DNA of 64,000 bases from NCBI RefSeq assembly GCF_020745735.1, contig NW_026867498.1:1639822-1703821 (forward strand), written 5' to 3'. The notes beneath the pieces were generated by a model, which saw nothing but the letters and a program-made list of their open reading frames with translations, searched no databases and was not told the DNA's origin. The DNA comes from Hemiscyllium ocellatum (Eukaryota). Both the position numbers and the translations under genes were made by a program. Below are positions 37,167-50,695 of the stretch, piece by piece (the first letter of the stretch is position 1; each line of letters starts with the position of its first letter).

Positions 37167-37580
37167 TCAATCCCCCTGCGATGGCACGTGAACTCGTTGG
37201 TGGCTCCGCAGGTGGGAGGAGCGGGTGAAGCCCTTCCCGCACTGAGAGCAGATGTACGGCCTCTCCCCGGTGTGGATCCGCTGGTGTCTCCGCAGGTGGT
37301 AGGGGCGGGTGAAACCCTTCCCGCACTGAGAGCAGGTGAACGGCCTCTCCCCCGTGTGGACCCGCTGGTGGGTCAGCAGGGCGGAGGAATTGCTGAAGGC
37401 CTTCCCGCACTTGGGGCAGCTGAAGGGCCTCTCCCCCGTGTGGATCTGCTGGTGCCTCATCAGGGAGGAGGTCTGGGTAAAGGCCTTCCCACACAGGGCA
37501 GATGGGAAACGGAAGCCTTTCCCACAGTCCCCACACTTCCACGGTTTCTCCACAGGGCGGGATTCCTCAGGTTTCTCCAT
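37167..37580 (-). CDS. C2H2 zinc-finger gene D, 137 aa, in-frame internal deletion, 3 intact fingers (possible pseudogene)
   Basis: ATG at 37580. Fusion FRFPSAL|[10 protein letters not shown], then three fingers ending HVPSQGD*. Confidence 0.7.
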   Translation of the reverse strand: MEKPEESRPVEKPWKCGDCGKGFRFPSALCGKAFTQTSSLMRHQQIHTGERPFSCPKCGKAFSNSSALLTHQRVHTGERPFTCSQCGKGFTRPYHLRRHQRIHTGERPYICSQCGKGFTRSSHLRSHQRVHVPSQGD

Positions 37581-40500
37581 GGCCAAAGCTTCAGCTGCAC
37601 ACAAACACGTGTAGAGCCCCTCCCTGCCGTGAAATCCCCTTCCCAGGCCGTATAACTGTTTCAGGCTCCACACACAGTGCGCTCCAACAGTGGGGTCTCT
37701 CGTCCAGTCCCACTGATGCTGAAAACATACTCAGACAGGAACCAAAAAGCTCTGATTCCTCTCTCAGAAATCACGGCGAAAATCTTTGCTGGCCCCAGTG
37801 GACTGAGTGACTGTTAGACATTGACATCAAAGTGAGGACCGGAGATGCTGGAGAGTCAGTCAAAAAATGTGGCACTGGAAAATCACAGGGGAGTCAGGCA
37901 GCATCCGAGGAGCAGGAGGGTCAATGTTTCGGTTATAAGCCCTTCATCTGTTGATTTTAAAACTTCCCTCTTCAAATCTTCAAAAATTCTGTCAGAATAG
38001 ATTACAAAAGTCATCACTGTCAGTGCAGGGTAGAAATTCTGAACAAGCAATTCTACTTTTTGCAGAACATTCTTTTCTTTTGTTATTCCAGAAAATTTAA
38101 AGCACATCCCACTCTCTCCCCCCTCTGTTCTCACTCCGCTCTAACTAATTCCCCTGAAGGTGCTGATTCAGGATCTTACAGGGACAGAAAAAGCAAAAAT
38201 GTCAAGACTGACATCTCTCTGAACTTTTGATACCTCCACCTGAAAGTTAATATCTTTCCCAACACTGGGATCCTGCTGAGAGTGAGCAGGTCTGATTTTG
38301 GGAAGCAAAAAAAGTGTGTCAATTCAGGGTGAACCTGCCTCGCAGCTTCTTGAGCAAGGACCAGACACAAGATGGTTAACGTCCCCAGGAAGGTGGGAGC
38401 AAAATGAGACGTCAAGGCATTAACGCCGACATTAGAGAGAAAGTGAACCTACTGACGTGGCAAAAGTTAGTGGAAAGCCAGAGTCATAGAGATGTACAGC
38501 ACAGAAACAGACCCTTCTGTCCAACACGCCTGTACTGACCAGATATCCTAAATCAATCTAGTCCCATTTTCTGGTATGTGGCCCATAGCTGGGGTCATCC
38601 CCACCCCCTGTCCTGAGACCTTGAGCCTCCAAGCTGACCCTCAAAGGTTCGGTTTGTCCTCGATTCTTTCCCAGTTGTCTTTTGTAGGTTTTGAAAACTT
38701 TCCCAATCCTCTGAGTATAGGATTTGGGAAGTTATGTTGTGGCTGGACAGGACATTGGTTAGGCCACATTTGGAATATTGTGTGCAATTCTGGTTTCCTT
38801 AGTATCGGTAAGATGTTGTGAAACATCATAGTGTTCAGAAAAAATTTACAAGGATGTTGCCAGGGTTGGAGGATGTGATCGATAGGGAGGCGAGGGCTGT
38901 TTCTCCTCAGCGTTGGAGGCTAAGGAGTAATCTATAAAATCATGAAGGGCATGGATAGCATAAATAGACAAAGCCTTATCCAGGGGAGGGGGTCGGCGGG
39001 GAAAAGAGTCCAGAACTAGAGGGCATATGTTTAGGGTGAGGGGAAAAAATACAAATGAGATCTGAGGTGAAACTTTTTCACACAGAGGGTATTACGTGTA
39101 TGGAATGAGCTGCCAGAGGAAATGGTGGAGGCCAGTACAATTGCAACATTTAAAAGACATCTGGACAGGTGTATGAATAGGAAGGGTTTGAAGGGGTATG
39201 GGCCAAATGCTGGCAGTTGGGATTAGATTGGGTTGGGATATCTGGTTGGCATGAACGGGTTGAACCGAAGGGTCTTTTTCTAAGCTGTACATCTCCATGA
39301 CTAGTTGGACCATTTCCCGCTCCTCCGCCCTTGAGCCCCAGTTTTCTCATTTTCCCTCCCCCCACCTTGTCTCAGTCCCAACCCTCGAACTCAGCACCAC
39401 CAGCCCAACCTGCAATCTTCTTCCTGACCTCTCCACCCCGACCCCCGCTCCCACTCCGGCCTATCAGCTTCACCTTAACATCCTTCCACCTATCGTATTT
39501 CCAACGCCCCTCCCCCAAGTCCCTCCTCCCTTCCTTTTATCTTAGCCTGCTTGGCACACTTTCCTCATTCCTGAAGAAGGGCTCATGCCCGAAACGTGGA
39601 TTCTCCTGATCCTTGGATGCTGCCTGACCTGCTGCGCTTTTCCAGCAACACATTTTCAGCTCTGATCTCCAGCATCTGCAGTCCTCACTTTCTCCTCTTG
39701 CTAATATACCACTTGCCTTGCTGATTGCTTGCTACACCTGTCTGACAAATGACAGTGACTGGTGTAGAAGGACGCTGAGGCCTCTTTGTCCATCCACACA
39801 TCATTCCTGATAAAGGGCTCATGTCCAAAACGTCAACTCTCCTGCTCCTCGGATGCTGCCTAACCTACCGTGCTCTTCCAGTACCACACTGTTTGACCCT
39901 GATCTCCAGCATCTGCAGTTCTCACTTTCTCCAATTCAAATACATCTCCATTTAAACAATGCACCTCCTTTCTGCGTTTTTTTTTCCACAGCCAAGGCTA
40001 TAACTTCATATTGTGGTACTGCATTTGCCATTGCGGTCTTCTCTATATCGGAGAGTGAGTGCAAACTTGGGGAACGATTCGCCGAGCATCGCAGCTGTGC
40101 CCGCAGAGGGCGACCAGACCTCTCAGTAACCACCCATTCCAATTTCCTTCCCACCCTCTTTCTGACATGACCATCTTTGGCCTCCTCCATTGCCACAACA
40201 AATCTAACCGCAAATTGGAGGGACAACACCTCATCTTCCGAGCAGCCTGCAGCCCGAAGGACTCAACGTTGAGTTTTCCAATATCAAAAATCCTCCCTCT
40301 CCATTCCCTGACTCCATTCCCATCCCCGCCCTCCTCCCTGCCACCAACAAGATTCATTCCTCCGATTGACCAACCAGGTCGTACCCTCTAACTGTCTTGA
40401 CCTTTTCCCACTTCACCCCCACCCCCTTTTCTCTGCAGCTTCTGCACCCAGCCCCAGCCCTGAAGAAGGGTTACAACCGATTCGTCGACTTCTCCGCCAT

Positions 40501-40668
40501 CTGATGCCTCCTGCCTAACTATTTTGCCAATTGAGATACAGACCTGGATCAACGTTTCCGGAGTCTGTCCCTGCCGAATTCACTCTTTCCTTTCAGTTGC
40601 TGCAAGTCAACAATTGAATTACAGAATGAAAAAGAAATGGAAAAGGGGGCGAGATAAGAGAGTGCCGT

Positions 40669-41030
40669 ACTCACAGATCTGGGACAGAGGAAGGAATGTG
40701 CAGTCTGGGTAAAGCTCTATCTTTATTCAGAGAGAGAGGATCAGGAGTCGCAGCTTGAGAAGTTCATGGTCCAACTTCCGCATTCAATGGGCTGACTCTG
40801 ATTGGCAGGAGGACCAGTCTCCTTCCAGTCCTCCAACGTTGCCTATTGGTCAATCAAAAGAAGGTCTCGCGCCTTTTTTGCGTCCAGCGATGAGCATGCT
40901 CAGTAGTTTGCTGACACTAGACAGCATGCGCACTGCGTTGCTGACACCAGCAAACATGCGCAGTATGCTCTCTGGGGATGTTGGTGCTCCTGCCAGATTT
41001 TAAGTGTCCAAATGCCAACGGGGTGAAAAG
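40669..41030 (-). promoter_or_regulatory. ZNF promoter module plus exon 1 with intact donor, upstream of gene D
   Basis: Mirror of 23340-23700. Donor GTGAGT at 40674, candidate acceptor at 37990-37989. Confidence 0.65.
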
Positions 41031-44000
41031 ATAGAGCCACATTTTTTTTCCCTGTGGCTCGATATTTTATTCCTTTTGCATTTTGTGTGGCTGCTCAACT
41101 TTTGTATGTCGTTTCCCCTTGTTGTGGGGGCAAGGCACCGAGACCAGAACTGGAGGGCACAGGTTTAGGGTGAGAGGGGAAAGATTTCTGAGGGTCCGAA
41201 GGAGCAATCCTTTCGCACAGAGGGTGGTATGTGTATGGAATGAGCTGCCAGAGGAAGTGGTGGAGGCTGGTACAATTACAGTATTTAAAATGCATGTGAA
41301 TGCGGATATGGATAGGAAAGATTCAGAGGGGTAAGGGGCGATATGCTGACAAATGGATCACTAGATTAATTAGGACATCTAGTCAGCGTGGACCGCAGGG
41401 TCTGTTTCTGTGCTCTACAACTCTGAGTCTATCTTTAGATAGTATGGAAAATAAAGAGCATGAAAGCATGGGAAGGGTTAGAGCATGGAGACTACTGCCA
41501 ATTTGTTGCAAAGGATAGTGGAAAGCTCTTACACCAATTAGCAGAGTAAGGTTGAGGCTGAAAGGTCACTATGGCAAGATGAGGTAACAGTTAGTAAAGT
41601 TAGCCTCACCTGCTAAATATGATTGACAGGATGGGAACAATAAATATTTGGGACATGACATCAAATATCTAATTAATAATGAGTAGAGTCAGCCTGCTTG
41701 AGACTATTGATAATAAATATCTAATCATGACATTAGGAAAATAGGGTCTGGAATGCAAGACCGTTGTTGCAAAAGCTGACATTAAATCTCCAACTGTGAC
41801 ATTAGAATAACATTAAGTAGAATGTTGGAAAAACTGTGAGGGCACAAATAAAGAGATAATGGGAACTAAAATCACTGGTTTATTGCGTAGCTAGCGTGAG
41901 GAACTTTTGATTAATATAGTTGGACATGCTAACAAACACACTGCTCAGCTGGAGAAAACACTGCCTCCTCTGTCCAGGAATAAACGCTGGAAAGGTTGTA
42001 TTGTTCCTAGGGAGGAGGATGGTCTCTGGCTACACTCTGATATCAATCAGCTAGTAAATGGGGCAGAACTATGGAATTTAATCTCCAGGCATTCTGCGAA
42101 ATTTAATAAGAGAAGGAAGGAAGTAATAAATAGTAAATCCCTACAGAGTGCTGAGGAACAAAGGATCCTTGCTGTCCAAGTTCAGAAATCCCTGAAGGTA
42201 TCAGTATAGGTCAAACTGATTGAACAGCCTGCAGGTTGTGCATTTTTTGAGAAAAATAGAATGTATCTGCAAATACAAATTCACCCCCATGGATGTACGT
42301 GTTTATGTGTGTGAATGAGACAGAGTAAAGTCTATTGCGTGCTGTATATCCCGATGTCTACTTGATAACAGATGCTTTAATTCTGCTGGCGAAAATATTT
42401 TTATAAATCATAGCTGTTATAAATCATAAATCCCAGCTCGGACTACACTGTGTGTCTGGATGGTTGACAGGCTGGGGATTGTGGCTTGGGTCTTAATTGA
42501 CTGAATGTTTTATTGTTCCAGAAGGTGGAGGGGTGGGGGGGTCAAAGCTTCAGCAGAAATCCAGCAGAGCAGAACAGACCAATATCTTACTCTGTGGGTA
42601 CAGGGACATCACAGGACAGAGAAATCAGGACCTGAATCCAAGCTAACACCATACTTCCCTGTGATCAGTGCTTTGATGAGCAGCGCCAAGCCTCTACCTT
42701 CACCTCGCTTCCCATTTGACAATCACCTTGATATTCAGGATCCAATCCTTGTCATCCTGAAGCCATGCCTGTGTAAGGAGTCTCAGATCATAATTATTCT
42801 CTTCAATGTGTGCAGTCAATTTTGTTACAATGCACCACACATTCAGAAACATCGTTTTTAGTTTCAAGTTTTGTGATCTTCAGAATCTGGTTTTGATTGC
42901 TGGTACATTTACTCACCTTGTCCCTTTCTATCGTTCTCTGATGTTCATTTTCCACATCATGACATTGTTCACTGGCCTTGATTTGGATTGGCCATGCTAA
43001 ATTGCCCATTGTGCGCAGGGATGTACAGGTTAGATGGGGTAGCCATGGGAAATGCAGGGTTAGAGTTTCATAGTAAAAGAAGTAGTAGTTGGCCATTTGG
43101 CCCATCGAACCTGCTCCACCGTTCATGATGATCATGGCTGATATATGCGTCATCTGAGATCCTCCTCCTCCCTGCATTGTCCCAACTACCCTTAATTCCC
43201 ATACCATGCAAATACCCATCCAACTGTGTTTTGAATATTCTTAATGAAGATGCCTCTACTGCTTCCTTGGGCAGGGAATTCCATAGATTGACTACTCTCT
43301 GGGAAAAGCAGTCCCTCCTCATCTCTGTCCTAAATCTACTCTCCTCAACTCAAGGCCTGGTCTCATCCTGGGTAGGGTAGGGCTTCATCCCCACAGTGCA
43401 ATAAATTCCCACTTTCCACCAAACTCCCAGATGTACTCACTCACTCAATTGCTGTCTCACAAACGAAATACTTCATTGTAACTTCTTTTGCTCCCAGTAA
43501 GGGCAACCCATCTTGGAAAGCTGCTCTGAAAGTCCAACCACACTTCTGCATTCACCAGAGACAATTCCAGGATAACAGCACAGAAACAGACCCTCCAACC
43601 AAACACGTCCATGCTGACCAAATATCCTAAATTAACCTGGTCTCATTTGCCCAGATATCCCTCTAATCTCTTCCTATTCATGTACCCATCAAGATGGGTT
43701 TTAAATGTTGTACCTGTTCCAGCCTCCACCACTTCGTTCCATACATGCACCACCCTCTGTGTGAAAAGGTTGTCCCTCATGTCCCTTTCCCCACTCACCT
43801 AAAATCTATGCCACTTTAGTTCTGGACTCTCCTAACTTGGGGAAAGACCTTGCCCCTTATAAAGGTTAACCCTCAGCGTCCGATGTACAGAAAGTGAGAC
43901 CTGCAGATGCTGGAATCAGAGTCTAAAAGTGTGGGGCTGAACAAGCACAGCAGAACAGGCAGTATCGGAGGAGTGGGAGAGTCGACATTTCAGGCCCGAA

Positions 44001-47000
44001 CCCTTCATCAGGAATGATGCATGGATGTACAAAGGGGCCTCAGCGTCCTTCTCCACCAGTCATCAGACAGATGCACAAGCAATCAGCAAGGCAAGTGGTA
44101 TATTCGGAAGATGAACTGGGATTAGCAGTGGGGATGTCATCCTGCAGTTAGGGGGTCATTGAATATATCCAAGGCTGAGTTCATCTGTTTTTTGAACAAC
44201 AGAGTGTGGATTCTTATGTTGTGTGGATGAGGTGATTTTTTTTGTTGACAGTGGTTTATGTGTTGGATGCAGGTACAATAACCACGTTTAAAGTGGAAGG
44301 CAAGAAAGTTTTAAGACCACGACAGAACAGTTAGTTAGACAGCACAGAAACGGACCCTTCAGCCCTACTATTCCATGCTGACTATGTTTCAGTGCCACTT
44401 GCCAATGTTTGGCCCATATCCCCCCGCACCTTCCCGATTCATGTACTTATCCAAACGTCTTTTAATGGTTGCATCTGTACGTGCATCCACCACTTCCTCT
44501 GGACATTCATTCCATACATGAACCACTCTCTGTTTATGAAAACCTTTTCCAGATTCTGTCCACTTCGTGGATTCATTTCCCTTTCCGTTCGGTTGGTGCA
44601 AGTCAAAAATTGAAGCCCAGAATGAAAAAAAAATGAAAAAGGAGTTGAGAAGAGAGCGGTGTACTGGCGGAGTAAGGAGGTTGCAGTCTGGAACAAACTC
44701 AATCTTCATTCAGAGAGAGGAGCAACACCTTCCGAAGCTCGTGTTCCAGCTTCTGCATTCAGACAACAGGAAGGCTCTGATTGGCAGGAGGACCTATATC
44801 CTTCCGGTCCTCCAGGGCTTCCGATTGGCCCACCAAAAGAAAGTCGCGATGCGTGCGGCGAGGAGCATGCGCAGTATGCTCTCTCGTGATGCTGCTGTCA
44901 CTGACAGAATTTGTGTCCAAGTGTCCAAGAGAAGAAAAAAAAGGGGAGATCCACCCTTTTTTCCCCCCTGTGATATTTACCTTTCCTACACGCCCCATGA
45001 CTTTATAAATCGAAATAAGGTCACCAGTCAACTTGTGGTCGTCGATAGGGCGACCAGAAGTGTACTCAGTACTCTACACGTGGTCTCACCAATATCCTGT
45101 ACAACCTCAATGTGATGTCCCAATTCCTACACTGAACGGTGTGAACAATGAAGGCAAGTGTGCCAAACGCCCCCTTCACCACCCTGTCCAGCAATGATGC
45201 AACTTTCAAAGAACTACGTCCCCGATTTGGAGATGCCGGTGTTGGACTGGGGTGTACGAAGTTAAAATTCACACCACCATTGTCCCCCCCAGTCTTTCTC
45301 TCACCCCACCCTTTGCCCCCCCCCCCCGAGTCTTTTTCTCCTCGTACCATGAAATTGGTTCCGACTGTTGTCGTGGATAAAATGTAGAGAACGACCAGGA
45401 GACGCAGAGAGTTCTTCAAGAAGTAGGTCGTTTATTTGCAAACAAAAAGACCGTGACACTCGAAAAGCAGATTCTCGAATGCCCACAAACCTCAGGGTCT
45501 GTGGTTTTAAAATATCTTTTTTTTAATCATGTTTGTGTTAGCTTATCAGCATGTCCAACTATATTTATCAACGTACCTCAGTCTAGCTACACAATAAGCC
45601 AGTGATGTTAGTTCCCATTATCTCTTTAGTTGTACATTCTACTTCATGTTATTCCAATGTCTCGGTTAGAGATTTAATGTCAGCTTTTGCAACAATGGTC
45701 TTTCATTCTAGACCCTACTTAATATTTTCCTAATGTCATGATTAGATATTTATTGTCAGTAGTTTCAAGCAGGCTGACTCTACTAACAATTAGATATTTA
45801 ATGTCATGTCCCAAATATTTATTGTCCCAATAATGATAGTTAGCAGATGAGGCTAACTTTACTAACTGTGTTATCTCATCTTGCCATAGTGACCTTTCAG
45901 CCTCAACCTTACTCTGCTAATTGATGTAAGAGTGTTCCACTATCCTTTGCAACTGTAGTGGACAGCGAAGGGGGTTACCTCAGATTACAACAGGATCTGG
46001 ACCAGATGGGTCAATGGGCTGAGAAGTGGCAAATGGAGTTTAATTCAGATAAATGCGAGGTGCTGCATTTTGGGAAAGCAAATCTTAGCAGGACTTATAC
46101 ACTTGATGGTGAGGTCCTAGGGAGTGTAGCTGAACAGAGAGACCTTGGAGTGCAGGTTCATAGCTCCTTGAAAGTGGAGTCACAGGTAGAAAAGATAGTG
46201 AAGAAGACGCTTGGTATGCTTTCCTTTATTGGTCAGAGTATTGAGTACAGTAATTGGGAGGTCATGTTGCGGTTGTACAGGACATTGGTTAGGCCACTAT
46301 TGGAATATTGCATGCAATTCTGGTCTCCTTCCTATCGGAAAGATGTTGTGAAACGTGAAAGGGTTCGGAAAATATTTACAAGGATGGTGCCAGTGTTGGA
46401 GGATTTGAGCTATAGGGACAGGCTGGGGCTGATTCACTGGTGCGTCAGAGGCTTGGGGGAGGGTGAGCTTATAGAGGTTTACAAAATTATGAGGGGCATG
46501 GATAGGATAAATAGGCAATGTCTTTTCCCTGGGGAGTCCAGAACTAGAGGGCATAGGTTTAGGGTGAGAGGGGAAAAATATTAAAGAGACCTCAGGAGCA
46601 ACATTTTCATGCAGAGAGTGGTACATGTATGGAATGAGCTGCCAGAGGAAGTGGTGGAGACTGGTACAATTGCAACATTTAAGTGGCATTTGGATGGGTA
46701 TATGAATATGAAGGGTTTGGAGGGATATGGGCCGGGTGCTGGCAAGTGAGACTAGATTGGATGGGGATATCTGGTCGGCATGGACGGGTTGGACCGAAGG
46801 GTGTGTTTCCATGCTGTACATCTCTCTATGACTCTATGAACTGGAAATGGTCTCCATGCTCTAACACTTCCCATGCTTTCATGCTCTTTATTTTCCATAC
46901 TATCTAAAAATAGTCACAGAGCTGTAGAGCACAGAAACAAACCCTTCAGTCTATGCCGACCAGATGCCAGCATGTCGCCTCTTATCCCTCTGAATCTTTC

Positions 47001-47284
47001 CTATTCATATCCCCATCCAGATGATGTAATTGTACCAACCCCCACCACGTCATCTGACAGTACATTCCATACACATACCACCCTCTGTGCAAAAGGATTG
47101 CCCCTTAGTACCCTCAGAAATCTTTCCCCTCTCACCCTAAACCTATGCCCTCCAGTTCTGGTCTCGGTGCCTTGCCCCCACAACAAGGGGAAACGACATA
47201 CAAAAGTTGAACAGCCAGACAAAATGCAAAAGGAATAAAATATCGAGCCGCAGGGAAAAAAAAATTGTGGCTCTATCTTTTTTC

Positions 47285-47645
47285 CCCTGTTGGCATTTGG
47301 ACACTTAAAATCTGTCAGGAACACCAACATCCCCATAGAGCATACTGCGCATGTTTGCCAGTGTCAGCAACGCAGTGCGCATGCTTACCAGTGTCAGCAA
47401 AACACTGAGCATGCTCATTCGCTGTATGCAAAAAAGGCGCGAAACATTCTTTTGATGGACCAATACGCAACCTTGGAGGACCGGAATGAGCCTGGTCCTC
47501 CTGTCAATCAGAGTCAGCCCATTGTCTGAATGCGGAAGTCGGACCATGAGCTTCTCAAGCTGCAGCTCCTGATCCTCTCTCTCTGAATAAAGATAGAGCT
47601 TTACCCAGACTGCACATTCCTTCCTCTGTCCCAGATCTGTGAGTA
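47285..47645 (+). promoter_or_regulatory. ZNF promoter module plus exon 1 with intact donor, upstream of gene E
   Basis: Three tgcgcatg-type sites, ggcgcgaaa, ccaatac, tcaatcag and gcggaagt. Donor at 47639, candidate acceptor ctttttacAG at 50040. Confidence 0.7.
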
Positions 47646-50044
47646 CGGCACTATTTTGCTCCCACTCCATGTCTTTTTCATTCTGGGGTTCAGTTGTTGA
47701 CTTGCAGCAACTGAAAGAAAAGAGTGTGAATCCGGAAGGGGACAGACTCTGGAAACGCTGGTCCAGGTCTGTGTCTCAATTTGCAAAATAGACAGGAGGT
47801 GGAGAAGTCGACGTTTCAGGTGTAACCCTTCCTCGGGGCTGGGGCTGGGGCTGGCTGGAGAAGCTGCAGATGAAGGGGGTGGGAGTGAAGTGGAGATAGG
47901 TCAAGACAGGTAGAGGCTACGACCTGGTTGGTCAATGGGAGGAATGCATGGGATTGCTGGCAAAGAACAAGGAGGGAGGTTTTTTTTGAAATTGGAAAAC
48001 TCAACGTTGAGTCCTTCAGGCTGTAGGCTGCCTGGAAGATGAGGTGTGGTCCCTTCAATTTGCAGTTAGGTTCGTAGTGGCAATGGAGGAGGCCAAAGAT
48101 GGTCATGTCAGAAAAGGGAATTGTAATGGGTGGTGACTGGGAGGTATGGTCGGCTCTGTGGACCCAGCTGTGATGCTCAGTGAACCGTTCCTCAAGTTTG
48201 CGCTCGCTCTCCCCGATATAGAGAGGACCACAATTGGCAAACACAGGACCACGATATGAAATTATAGCTTTGGCTGTGGCAAAGAAAAACAGAAAGGAGG
48301 TGCATTGTTTAAATGGAGATGTATTTGAATGTGGAGAAAGTGAGAACTGCAGATGCTGGAGATCAGGCTCAAACATTGTGGTACTGGAAGAGCACGGTAG
48401 GTTAGGCAGCATCTTAGGAGCAGGAGTGTTGACGTTTTGGGCACGAGCCCTTCATCTAGACTGATGTGTGGATGGGCAAAGAGGCCTCAGTGTCCTCCTA
48501 CTCCAGTCACTGCCAGTTGTCCGACAGATGTAGGAAGCAATCGGCAAGGCAAGCGTTATATTAGCAAGAGGAATTGAGTTCACAAGTGGGATGTCTTCCT
48601 GCAGTTAGGGTGTCATTGAGTATATTCAAGGCTGAGTTCATCTGATTTTTGAACAAAGAAGTGGATGTTTGTGGGGGAAGGCGAGAACATGGTTTAAGAC
48701 CAGTATAGAATGGTTCCAGAGTCATACAGCACAGAAACAGACCCTTTAGTCCAACCTGTCATAGAGATATACAACATGGAAAAAGACCCTTTGGTCCAAC
48801 TCATCCAACTCAACCAACAATCTGGTCCCACCTGTCAGCACCTGGCGCACATCCCTCAAAATCCTTCCCATTCATGTACCCATCCAGATGCCTTTTAAAT
48901 ATTGCAATTGTACTAACCTCCACCTCCGACAGCTCATTCCAAACATGTCCCACCCTCAGTGTGAAAAGGTTGCTCCTCAGATCTCTTCTGTATCTTTCCC
49001 CCCTCACCCTAAACCTATGCCCTCTAGTTCTGGACCCACCCCCTCCTGGGAAAAGACCTTGGCTATTTATCCTATTCATGCCCTTCATAATTTTGTAAAC
49101 CTCTATAAGGTTACTCCTTAGTCTCCAACGCTCCAGGGAAAACAGCCCTAGCCTCCAAATAGAACAAATCCTCCAACCCTGGCAACATCCTTGTAAATTT
49201 TTCTGAACCCTTTCAAGTTTCACAACATCTTCCTGATAGTAAGGAAACCAGAATTGCACACAATATTCCAAATGTGGCCTAACCAATGTCCTGTACAGCC
49301 ACAACATAACTTCCCAAATCCTAAACTCAGAGGATTGGGAGAGTTTTCAAAACCTACAAAAGACAACTGGGAAAGAATAGAGAACAAACCAAACCTTCGA
49401 GGGTCAGCTTGGAGGCATCAAGGTCTCAGGACAGGGGGTGGGGATGATCCCAGCTATGGGCCACATGCCAGCAAATGGGACTAGATTAATTTAGGATATC
49501 TGGTCAGTACAATTGTGTTGGACAGAAGGGTCTGTTTCTGTGCTATGTATCTCTATGACTCTGGCATTTGCCAGAGTCAGGAGGTTCACTTTCTCTCTAC
49601 TTTCAATGTTAATGCCTTGACGTCTCATTTTGCTCCCACCTTCCTGGGGTCGTTAACCATTTTGTGTCTGGTCCTTCCTCAAGAAGCTGCGTGGCAGGTT
49701 CACCCTGAATTGACACTTTCTTTTTGCTTCCCAAAATCAGACCTGCTCACTCTCAGCAGTATCCCAGTGTTGTGAAAGATATTAGCTTTCAGGTGGAGGT
49801 ATCCAAAGTTCAGAGAGACGGCAGTCTTGATGTTTTTGCTTTTCTGTCCCTGTAAGATCCTGAATCAGCACCTTCAGGAGAATTAGTTCGAGCCGAGTGA
49901 GAAGAGAGGGGGAGAGAGAGAGTGGGATGGTGCTTTCAATTTTGTGGAATAACAAAAGAAAAGAATATTCCACAGAAAGTAGAATTGCTTGTTCTGAATT
50001 TCTACCCTGCACTAATGACCTTTGTAATCTCTTTTTACAGAGCA

Positions 50045-50310
50045 CAGTAGCGTCTCGACATACGAACAAACCCGTTCATGTACAAATCGGTTTACGAACA
50101 GGAGCGTACGTAAAATTTTGCTTCAACGTACGTACGAAATTCAAGGTATGAACACAAAAGCTCTCGGGCCCCGCGTGATCTCATTCAGTTCATCTTTGGC
50201 GTGTGCGCTGTGAACAGCCATCCAACCATTCTTACGCTATCCGAACAATGGGAAAAGTTAATTCAGTTCGCGAACTCTTCGGATTAAGTTCCTAAGTCGA
50301 GGCGCTACTG
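50045..50310. mobile_element. Tigger/pogo-like MITE, 266 bp
   Basis: TIRs cagtagcgtctcgacatacgaac and gttcctaagtcgaggcgctactg. Inserted at a TA; the empty site ttttcaaaTActctgc is seen at 9612-9627. Confidence 0.9.
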
Positions 50311-50695
50311 TATTTGAAAATCTGAAGGCGGAAGTTTCAACATCAACAGATGAAGGGCTTAAGCCCGAAACGTTGACTCTCCTACTTCTCGGATGCAGCC
50401 TCACCTGCTGTGCTTTTCCAGCGCCGCACTTTTCAATACTGACTCTCCAGTGTCTGCAGTCCTCACTTTGACGTCAATGTCTGACAGTCACTCAATCCAT
50501 CGGGACCGCAACGGTTTTCATCTATGATTCTGTGAGAAGGAGCAAAGCTTTTTGGTTCCTGTCTAAGTACGTTTTCAGCATCAGCGGGACTGGATGAGAG
50601 ACCCTACCATTGCAGTGCACTGAGTGTGGAGCCTAAAATAACTATACAGCCTGGAAAGAGGAATTCACAGCAGGGAGTGGCTCCACACTTCGGCC

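Noticed and set aside
47586-47591. AATAAA in the promoter module, suggesting the module is an LTR
   Set aside because: It is not conserved in the 20.2-kb and 55.1-kb copies (aatgaa), and no TG...CA termini or TSDs were seen.
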